The notes under the pieces are model-generated. The model did no database searches, was not told the DNA's origin, and worked only from the letters and a program-made list of their open reading frames with translations. 64,000 nt of DNA from Nitrososphaerota archaeon. Lineage in GTDB: Archaea > Thermoproteota > Nitrososphaeria > Nitrososphaerales > Nitrosopumilaceae. Each line of letters begins with the position of its first letter. The stretch's first letter is position 1. Made by a program: the position numbers and the translations under genes. Below, in pieces: positions 57,121 through 64,000 of this stretch. The stretch spans positions 67,457 to 131,456 of the forward strand of contig JAGWFT010000001.1 in the NCBI GenBank assembly GCA_028867755.1. Direction: 5' to 3'.

Positions 57121-58410
57121 TTGGCAGACAAGAGAAAAAGACCAGAACCAAAAAAGGCGCCGGAGCCAAGACCAAAAAGGAGTTTTTCGATCAAGCCTCA
57201 TCTGCTTTCATGGGCAGTCTTTATCCCAACTGTCACTACAGTCTTCATCAGCCTTATTGCAGTAGTCTTTCCAGCCCTGATAAGCAGGACAACTAGCCCA
57301 TTTCAGGACAGTGTCTTTTCCCCAAACGTAGTAAATCCTTTTGAGCCAGGAGTCTTGGCAGCACCGCTTGTTATAGTAAGCATCATAATACTTGTAATAG
57401 GGCTTGGATATTACAAAAGGTCCAAGTACAAGGTACGGTTCAATAAGATTGCAAATTTTGAGATCTCACAAAAACAAGCACTGATTGGTGTAATTGCAAT
57501 ACTTGTAATCTTTGTAGCAATAACTGCAAATACGCTAGGGCAAGAAGAGCAGTGGGCGGACTATACAAAGGTCAAGCCAAGAGTCGAGTCTTGGGACATA
57601 TCACAGTTTACCAAAAGTTTTGAGCCGCATTTCAGATACCTCTTGCTCTCAGTGTCATTGCATGTATTTGGAAGCATGAGAGTGATTCCATTAATTACAA
57701 GTGCTGCACTGCTCCTTTTAACATATTTTTTTACAAAAAACATTACAGGAAAGAGATTTGCAGGATTGGTCTCCATGGCACTGTTTTTGCAAAGCAACAT
57801 CTTTGTCGCATACAGCACCACTGTAAGCTATGACAACTCATGGATACTGTTATACCTCTTCTCGCTTTATCTGATACTAAAGTTCTGGCCGCCGTCTCCC
57901 ATACCACACTTTCTCTCGCTATTTTCAAAACCGCTCACTATAGCATTTCTCCCAATGAATTTCTATTTCATTGCAAGGTCTACTCTTCCTAAAAGATTCA
58001 AGATGTACTCTTTTGCCACATATGGTATAATCATAGTTGCCATAATAGCAGCTTCAGCAGCATACAATACAACTTTTACCGGTGGAATCAAACCATTTGA
58101 TACATTCCAATTCTGGCAGGGCTTTACCGCAATGGCAATGCAGATGAGATTTGATTATATCGTGATACTTTTCTTGCTGCCGCTCACAGTCATGCTATTT
58201 TTTGCGTCAAGGAGAGGAATATTGCATGCAGATTCTATAATGGTATTCATACTGATCAATTTACTAATAGCTCCATTGCTTACTGCGTTTACTATAGAGA
58301 CAAACCAGCCGTACAGGTTTGTCTCGCTCTTGCTATTTTTTGCAATAGGTGCAGGGGTGTTGCTATCTAACAAAACTAGGAAAGAGACCGAATTATCGTC
58401 CAGTACGTAG
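57121..58410 (+). CDS. Polytopic membrane protein, GT-C/PMT-like
   Basis: Many TMs; R.IP, ALLLLTYFF, YD and SKP motifs reminiscent of PMT-type transferases. Confidence 0.6.
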   Translation: MADKRKRPEPKKAPEPRPKRSFSIKPHLLSWAVFIPTVTTVFISLIAVVFPALISRTTSPFQDSVFSPNVVNPFEPGVLAAPLVIVSIIILVIGLGYYKRSKYKVRFNKIANFEISQKQALIGVIAILVIFVAITANTLGQEEQWADYTKVKPRVESWDISQFTKSFEPHFRYLLLSVSLHVFGSMRVIPLITSAALLLLTYFFTKNITGKRFAGLVSMALFLQSNIFVAYSTTVSYDNSWILLYLFSLYLILKFWPPSPIPHFLSLFSKPLTIAFLPMNFYFIARSTLPKRFKMYSFATYGIIIVAIIAASAAYNTTFTGGIKPFDTFQFWQGFTAMAMQMRFDYIVILFLLPLTVMLFFASRRGILHADSIMVFILINLLIAPLLTAFTIETNQPYRFVSLLLFFAIGAGVLLSNKTRKETELSSST

Positions 58411-58843
58411 TTACATTATCTCCTGCTACGACAGGATATCCATCATGGTCTGCTGCAGCAAGTAGCTCTCTGCCAGCTATTGCAGCAACATCTATAAGAT
58501 TCTGCGATACTATGGTTGGAGACTGGTGTACAATAGAGGCATTTAGCTGGAAGACCTCAAAATCTTGTCCTCCAGAGTTTATCACGGTTCGCTTGAACCT
58601 GTCTATGTTGTTATCTATCATTTGGTTGAATTTTGTTGCATTATGCACAACAACACGTGATGTCTCAATATATGAGACCAAGTGTCCTGAAGAGTCACGT
58701 ATCACTAGCTGTGCATAAACTCCAAGTGTGGTGCTTGTAGTAGGGATGTTGTTCTGCACCACAGGATTTTGTGCAAAAGAATTTCCAGTCGACAGTACCA
58801 GAATAGAGCCAATTACTAGAAGAACAAATAATAGTGTACGCAT
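58376..58843 (-). CDS. Secreted hypothetical protein
   Basis: Clear signal peptide (MRTLLFVLLVIG...SFA) and a beta-rich mature part. Confidence 0.72.
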   Translation of the reverse strand: MRTLLFVLLVIGSILVLSTGNSFAQNPVVQNNIPTTSTTLGVYAQLVIRDSSGHLVSYIETSRVVVHNATKFNQMIDNNIDRFKRTVINSGGQDFEVFQLNASIVHQSPTIVSQNLIDVAAIAGRELLAAADHDGYPVVAGDNVTTYWTIIRSLS

Positions 58844-58987
58844 GTTTTTTTGGAACTGTTTTGTACTAATAAGCTTCTCGCACTAGATTTTGGAAATCCA
58901 TGCAGCGCTTTGTAAGATAGTTTGATTCTACCAACCAAAATGTTTTGTTGTGCTGATTTTATCATTTAACCTCCTGTGATACAAATA

Positions 58988-58995
58988 TTATTAAA
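58988..58995 (+). promoter_or_regulatory. Candidate TATA box of tRNA-Gln
   Basis: TTATTAAA about 26-33 nt upstream of the mature 5' end, preceded by an A-rich BRE-like tract. Confidence 0.45.
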
Positions 58996-59020
58996 GGAAC
59001 CAATCTGAAGATCCCAACGA

Positions 59021-59093
59021 AGCCCGGTAGTGTAGCGGTCAAGCATAGGGGCCTTTGGAGCCCTTGACCCCAGTTCGAATCTGGGCCGGGCTA
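59021..59093 (+). tRNA. tRNA-Gln (TTG), no intron, CCA not encoded
   Basis: Cloverleaf: acceptor AGCCCGG/CCGGGCT, anticodon stem GGGGC/GCCCT with loop CTTTGGA, T-arm CCCAG-TTCGAAT-CTGGG. A1-U72 pair is typical of archaeal tRNA-Gln. Confidence 0.97.
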
Positions 59094-59102
59094 CTGATTT
59101 TA

Positions 59103-59354
59103 TCACATGTAGTTCATGTGTGATATATTGATTGGAGGCATAAAGTGCGGCAGTATCGTAATGCCAACTAGAATTGGTACCAGAAACAACAGTATTGATA
59201 TTGCAGCAAGAAGTATTCCAAGCAAAAGACAGCTCTTGGCCTTTTTTGGGTCATCGTCACGAATAACAAAGTACGCAACTATTCCGCCTAGCACATTAAA
59301 CAAAATAGGCAACAGAAACCAGAGGCTACTCCTTCTTCGAATCTGCACAAGCAT
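59103..59354 (-). CDS. Small two-TM membrane protein
   Basis: RSSLWFLLPI...GGIVAYF..R.DDPKKAK.CL pattern. Confidence 0.7.
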   Translation of the reverse strand: MLVQIRRRSSLWFLLPILFNVLGGIVAYFVIRDDDPKKAKSCLLLGILLAAISILLFLVPILVGITILPHFMPPINISHMNYM

Positions 59355-59652
59355 AGATACGAGTGTTTTACATTTAAACTAACGTCTGCTCCGTTGCCAA
59401 TCTCAGTTACAGGTACATCTTTCCTAGTACCTTGTGGACTATATAGAACGGTATTTTGTCGCTTGCTGGTTGCTGAGTTGGATATGGAATTACATCCTCC
59501 CTGATCTGTCAAACAACCCCACAAATTTTCCGCACTGACTTGTATTAACCATTTCTAAAGTACGGGACAATCAAAGTATCAAAGAATTATGTTAGAAAGA
59601 TATGTTACTTGAGATTTAGAAGCCAGACTTGGAGAGAAATTTTTGTTTTGGC

Positions 59653-60414
59653 CTAGATCTCAAGTCTTGAGAGCAGTTTTGTTGCTATGATAAATAATGT
59701 CACTGCTCCTGTAATCAATACAATCATCTCGTATCCAACCGTTTGGGTAAAGTTGTCAAATATTCCTGCACGAACCACGTCAACAAGATAGGTGAGAGGA
59801 TTTAGGTAAAATGCAATTGCAAGAATTGGTGGGGCACCCTCTGCAGGATAAAATGCTGTGCTCACAAATGCAAAGAACAAAAATACAGTATTGATTACCA
59901 CGTTAAACCCCTCACTTGACTTAAGCCGTGTAGATATGATAGATGCAATCGAACCAAATAAAATTGCACCGGTGATAGACGCAAAGACAACAAGCGGTAT
60001 TGTCAGCGCATTAAACTCTATTGACTTGAAAAATAGCGGATACCCAATTGCAGTTATCAGTCCAGCAGATACAAGCCCAATTATTCCAATCGTATATACA
60101 TTTGATAAAATATACTGTGCACGGGTAAATGGGCCTACCAGAATCTGCTCAAACATTCCGTGTCTTCTGTCGTTCCAGATTATTATTCCAGAGATGAGCG
60201 TGCTGTTCATTATATTAAAACCAATCATGCCAGACGCGATAAATGCAGGATAGTTCAGGTTCTTTGATCCAAATGGAACACTATGAATCAGTGAAGTATA
60301 TGCAAACCCAGCAACAAAGATGTAGATTACAGGAAATATCACCTGCCATATCACAAAGCCCATGTTGAGCGATATGGTAAGATTCCTATTTACCAGACGA
60401 AATATTGGATGCAT
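59653..60414 (-). CDS. ABC-2 type exporter permease
   Basis: Six TMs; DRRHGMFEQILVGP, STAFYP, NPLTYLVDVVR. Confidence 0.92.
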   Translation of the reverse strand: MHPIFRLVNRNLTISLNMGFVIWQVIFPVIYIFVAGFAYTSLIHSVPFGSKNLNYPAFIASGMIGFNIMNSTLISGIIIWNDRRHGMFEQILVGPFTRAQYILSNVYTIGIIGLVSAGLITAIGYPLFFKSIEFNALTIPLVVFASITGAILFGSIASIISTRLKSSEGFNVVINTVFLFFAFVSTAFYPAEGAPPILAIAFYLNPLTYLVDVVRAGIFDNFTQTVGYEMIVLITGAVTLFIIATKLLSRLEI

Positions 60415-61360
60415 TAGAATTTTTCACCACTGTCAAAAAGATCTCCTCCAGACTTGTCGGAACTACACTCAAGTCTTCCACTGGAATGTTGTTTGATTGT
60501 AATGCTTGCAATATTTTTACCAAGACCTGTTCAGAGTCTGCAGAGTGTATCGTGATTATAGTGCCCTCGTCATACCCAACCTCATAGTTCCCAACCCCCT
60601 GCAAGACACTTGAGATGTCTTTCACATTTCCTATGCGAATCTTGATTGTCTTTTCTCTTCCAAATTTATTTTTGAGCTCGTCTGGTGTGTCAATAGCTAT
60701 TATCTTTCCCCGATTTATGATGGCAATCTTGTCGCAGAGATATTCTGCCTCTTCAAGTATGTGTGTTGTAAAAAATATTGTAAGCCCATTTTGCACCTTT
60801 CCCTTTATGTAGTCAAGCAGCCCCCTTCGTGCAGACGGGTCAAGGCCAGCTGTTGGCTCGTCTAAAAACAGCAAGTCCATGTCATGCATAAACTCTCGTG
60901 CAACCTGGACACGTCTTCTCTGTCCAATTGAGATGTCATCATTTTTCTTTTTCCTGATATCCTGCAGATCAAATGTAGAAAGAAGTTCTTCGACCCTATC
61001 TTTTCTTGTCTTTGGGTCAACATCCCACATCATGCCATATTCCTCAAGGGATTTTTCCACAGTAAGGGTTGGCTCGTAGCTTGGCTGCTGTAATACCACA
61101 CCAATCTTTTTTCGCACAGCAAGAGGATAACGAGACGTATCAATTCCCAGTATAGTTATTGTTCCACTGCTAGGAGAGACCAGTGTAGTCAAGAGCTTCA
61201 TTGTGGTGGTCTTGCCAGCACCGTTTGGTCCCAAAAATCCAAATATCTTGCCTTGTTCAACTGATAGATCGATTGAATCAACTGCAATAACGTTTCCATA
61301 TGATCTTGAAAGAGATTTGGCCTCGATGCAGAGCATTTGATGATTTTCATTTTCTCCCAC
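60386..61360 (-). CDS. ABC exporter ATP-binding subunit (DrrA-like)
   Basis: Walker A GPNGAGKTT, signature ISIGQ, Walker B LFLDEP, H-loop TTH. Confidence 0.95.
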   Translation of the reverse strand: MGENENHQMLCIEAKSLSRSYGNVIAVDSIDLSVEQGKIFGFLGPNGAGKTTTMKLLTTLVSPSSGTITILGIDTSRYPLAVRKKIGVVLQQPSYEPTLTVEKSLEEYGMMWDVDPKTRKDRVEELLSTFDLQDIRKKKNDDISIGQRRRVQVAREFMHDMDLLFLDEPTAGLDPSARRGLLDYIKGKVQNGLTIFFTTHILEEAEYLCDKIAIINRGKIIAIDTPDELKNKFGREKTIKIRIGNVKDISSVLQGVGNYEVGYDEGTIITIHSADSEQVLVKILQALQSNNIPVEDLSVVPTSLEEIFLTVVKNSNASNISSGK

Positions 61361-61597
61361 TAATCTAGGTTCTGAAATTCAGGCTTGATGTAGATTTTAG
61401 AAAATTTGTGTCTATATTCGTAATTTAGTTTTGGTTTTGGCAAGGATTAGTTCTGTACATTTTAGAGTTTTTGGTTCCTCTGTACTCATAAGGTCAGGTT
61501 GATCCTTCTTTGAGATAATAGACTTGCAGTGCATCAAAGAAAAAGATCGCTGCCACTGAAAATTCTTAATAATACACAGATTCTAACTGTGTTTGGT

Positions 61598-62995
61598 TTG
61601 TCCGAATTTGACTCTTTGATGAATAAACTACTTGAACAAAAGCCCGAGCTATCAAGAAAGGATATGGAAGAAATGATCCAAAGAAAGAAAGAAAAGATAG
61701 GTGCAGGCTATCTCACAGACCAAGGTGCACTCTTTCTTATCGCGTCAGACCTTGGCGTCTCATTGAGCGAGCCGCTCAAAGTCGAGATGGGCCTCAAAGA
61801 CATCTACGTTGGTGCAAAGGAGATTACACTTGAGAGCAGAGTCATGAATGTCTATCCAGTAAGACAATTTTCAAGAAAGGACGGCTCACAGTTTCTCTTG
61901 CGTAACATGACAGTATATGATGGAGATTCAAGGGCCAAGGTAAAGCTCTGGGACGAAAAGGCAAACTTGCCTGGTATCGAGAACCTAAAGCCAGGAGACC
62001 TTGTCAAGATAATCAAGGCATATGTAAAATCAGACATGAAGGGAAACCCGATCATAAATGTAGGCTCTGGCTCTACTGTAGAGCCAAACAATATGCAGAG
62101 CAAGATTCCAGGTCTTGATGCAATAACTGACAACGTATCAAGCGTAAAGGAGAACCAGCAGAACTTGGTGGTAACAGGAATCTTGGATGGAAATATTCGC
62201 ACTACAGAGTTTACAAATTTCAAGGGAGAACCAAGCAAGGCATTGCAATTGCGATTAAAGGGCAGTGATGGCACAATAGTTCGCGCCGTACTATGGAACA
62301 AGGATGAAAATTCTGTTCCAAAGGTTGTTTCTTCTGGCGCAAAGGCAAGACTGATTGGAGTGAACACAAAGGTGGGCCAGATGGGTCTTGAGCTTCACGG
62401 AGACGAGGGGACAGTATTAGAAATAGAGGGAGCAAAAGAGATCGAGCCAATAGTTACAAGAATATTGTCTGCCACAAAGAGCGATTCTAGAAGCAGATTG
62501 CTTGTAGGAGTGTTGCATGACAAGAAACTAGTAAACATCATAGATACTTCATCAATTACTTCTGATCTTAAACCAGGCGATGTCATCGAGATTACGCCAT
62601 CTAAAGTATATGGAAACTCTCTTACAATAGAACAAGACTCTCCTTTGAAAAAAATTGATGGACAAGATATTCCAACACTATCAGACACCAGAACAAAGAT
62701 AAGAGATGTCAAGCCATCTGACGGAACATACTGCATCGAGGCCATAATTCTCAAGGCTCCACAAAAAAAAGAGATACAGACCAAGACAGGCGAGACTGTC
62801 TTGCTTTCTGAAACATTTGTCGAGGATGATACTGGCCAGATATGGCTAAAGGGCTGGCGCTTGCAATCAAGACTACTAGAGCAGTTCACCCAAGGCGAGA
62901 TAATCAGTGTTACAGGAGTTACTGCAAAGCCAGGTCTTGAGGGAAGAACTGAGATATTTCTTACTGCATATTCTGTTGTCACAAGAAAGAACTAG
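61598..62995 (+). CDS. rpa: Replication protein A / multi-OB-fold ssDNA-binding protein (likely TTG start 61598; track start 61529)
   Basis: N-terminal helical domain (GAGYLTDQGALFLIA) followed by several OB folds (VYDGDS..KVKLWD, VEDDTGQIWLKGW). Confidence 0.88.
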   Translation: MSEFDSLMNKLLEQKPELSRKDMEEMIQRKKEKIGAGYLTDQGALFLIASDLGVSLSEPLKVEMGLKDIYVGAKEITLESRVMNVYPVRQFSRKDGSQFLLRNMTVYDGDSRAKVKLWDEKANLPGIENLKPGDLVKIIKAYVKSDMKGNPIINVGSGSTVEPNNMQSKIPGLDAITDNVSSVKENQQNLVVTGILDGNIRTTEFTNFKGEPSKALQLRLKGSDGTIVRAVLWNKDENSVPKVVSSGAKARLIGVNTKVGQMGLELHGDEGTVLEIEGAKEIEPIVTRILSATKSDSRSRLLVGVLHDKKLVNIIDTSSITSDLKPGDVIEITPSKVYGNSLTIEQDSPLKKIDGQDIPTLSDTRTKIRDVKPSDGTYCIEAIILKAPQKKEIQTKTGETVLLSETFVEDDTGQIWLKGWRLQSRLLEQFTQGEIISVTGVTAKPGLEGRTEIFLTAYSVVTRKN

Positions 62996-63126
62996 TGCAG
63001 ATATACATAGGAAAAGATTTTTGAACACAAACTCTAGTTCTAGTCAGATCCTAAGTCATTCTTACCAATAGGAATAGCCATATCAGTTAAAAGCAATTTA
63101 TCACACACCTATCGATGGTTTAGAAT

Positions 63127-63399
63127 ATGGAAGAGTTGTCTGTTACAAATTACGTACTCTTAGCAGCCCACCTGATAGTAGGGTTTACACTCGTGTTTTT
63201 TGCTGCCAAGGCATTTAAAAGAACAAAATACCCTCCCATGATACTTTTAGTCATAGGTTTCACATTATTGGTGCTCGGGGAAACTGTCGTTGAGTATGGT
63301 TTTGCATTTCTTCAAAATGAAGGCCTTCAAAAAATAATAGAAGAGGGGTTTGAGATAGCTGGGTTCATCGTACTAATCATCTCTGTTAAGAAAAGCTAG
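63127..63399 (+). CDS. Three-TM small membrane protein coupled to a wHTH regulator
   Basis: Three hydrophobic segments, ends EIAGFIVLIISV; 2 nt from the next gene. Confidence 0.72.
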   Translation: MEELSVTNYVLLAAHLIVGFTLVFFAAKAFKRTKYPPMILLVIGFTLLVLGETVVEYGFAFLQNEGLQKIIEEGFEIAGFIVLIISVKKS

Positions 63400-63401
63400 A
63401 G

Positions 63402-63743
63402 ATGGCAAACGACGATGATATTCTTTCCGTACTGGCAGATGAGTACAGCAGAAAGATACTATCCATACTGACTAAAAATGAGCTTAATGCACAAGAGATC
63501 TCAGATGCCCTTGGCATCCCTACTTCGACCACATACAGGAAGATAAAAAATCTAGAAAATCTTGATCTTGTAAAAAAGACAAAGGTAATTCGTACACTTG
63601 AGGGTCTCGATGAGAGATACTACAAAAGTTTGGTTTCAGGCATAGATGTGCAATTCAAGGATGGACAGGTCTCTTGCAAGATTGAAAAATTTACCATGGA
63701 TAAAAAGATACAAAGACTCTGGGAGAAATTTTCAGAAAAATAA
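63402..63743 (+). CDS. ArsR-like winged-helix transcription regulator
   Basis: LADEYSRKIL, AQEISDALGIPTSTTYRKI..LE..DLV. Confidence 0.88.
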   Translation: MANDDDILSVLADEYSRKILSILTKNELNAQEISDALGIPTSTTYRKIKNLENLDLVKKTKVIRTLEGLDERYYKSLVSGIDVQFKDGQVSCKIEKFTMDKKIQRLWEKFSEK

Positions 63744-63747
63744 ATGT

Positions 63748-63999
63748 CTACTTTGCCTCAATCTTTTCTTTATTCCAGTTTCGCAAAAGCAACAAAGATA
63801 CCACAACTATCGCACCTTGAGTAACTTTACACAAGATGTCTACTATTCCAACATCACCTTGTACTCCAACTATTGGTAGACTCGTAGTTCTTGAGGCCAC
63901 ATACAGCCCAATTAGTGCAATTGATATCATGCTTGCTATCACATATGGAGCCCTGCTGTGAAGATTGTTTTTGATCATCCATATTCCTAGCGGTAGATA
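63748..63999 (-). CDS. 5'-truncated small membrane protein
   Basis: The frame is open beyond the track ATG 63978 to the window edge (YLPLGIWMIK...). Hydrophobic. Confidence 0.7.
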   Translation of the reverse strand, partial: YLPLGIWMIKNNLHSRAPYVIASMISIALIGLYVASRTTSLPIVGVQGDVGIVDILCKVTQGAIVVVSLLLLRNWNKEKIEAK

Positions 64000-64000
64000 T

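Noticed and set aside
59288-59524. Cys-rich 78-aa ORF between the small membrane gene and the ABC permease
   Set aside because: It overlaps the real gene's start, its Cys spacing matches no metal-binding pattern I know, and no RBS is evident.
59021-59653. tRNA-Gln as the attachment site of an integrated element
   Set aside because: I found no duplicate of the tRNA 3' end and no integrase in the window. A partner att site outside the window cannot be excluded.
4073-62982. Remaining short track ORFs nested in or antisense to confident genes (e.g. 5654..5971, 10526..10819, 17022..17327, 50464..50883, 56973..57296, 61852..62367, 62395..62982)
   Set aside because: They overlap well-supported CDSs and have no recognisable motifs.

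Overview
Archaeal DNA, most consistent with an ammonia-oxidising thaumarchaeon (Nitrosopumilales, possibly Nitrosotalea-like). This assignment is inferred from TTG starts, GGTGA-type RBSs, an A1-U72 tRNA-Gln, archaeal RPA and several small thaumarchaeal-type proteins. The window has three zones. (1) 1-35.5 kb is an AT-rich surface-glycosylation island. It holds GT4, GT2 and GT-C glycosyltransferases, a methyltransferase with a tandem-repeat coiled coil, a carbamoyltransferase, and a mycobacterial-type polyprenyl-phosphate-pentose set (UbiA-like DPPR synthase, DprE1, DprE2, GtrA, plus a candidate phosphatase). It also holds heptose genes (gmhA, hddA, gmhB), CDP/GDP deoxysugar genes and a TPP-dependent E1 alpha/beta pair that may make a branched sugar. 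(2) 35.5-56.4 kb is an accessory surface and signalling zone: a fibre-like secreted protein, a 3111-aa adhesin/metalloprotease, RHH, MEDS and a non-canonical class III cyclase, a secreted surface protein, a subtilase, and a RelE-type toxin-antitoxin pair between direct repeats. (3) 56.4-64 kb is mostly core-like: tRNA-Gln, an ABC exporter, RPA and a wHTH regulator. Several short gene relics point to rapid turnover. There is no CRISPR array, rRNA, integrase or intact transposase. All family calls come from motif recognition by eye; no database searches were run.
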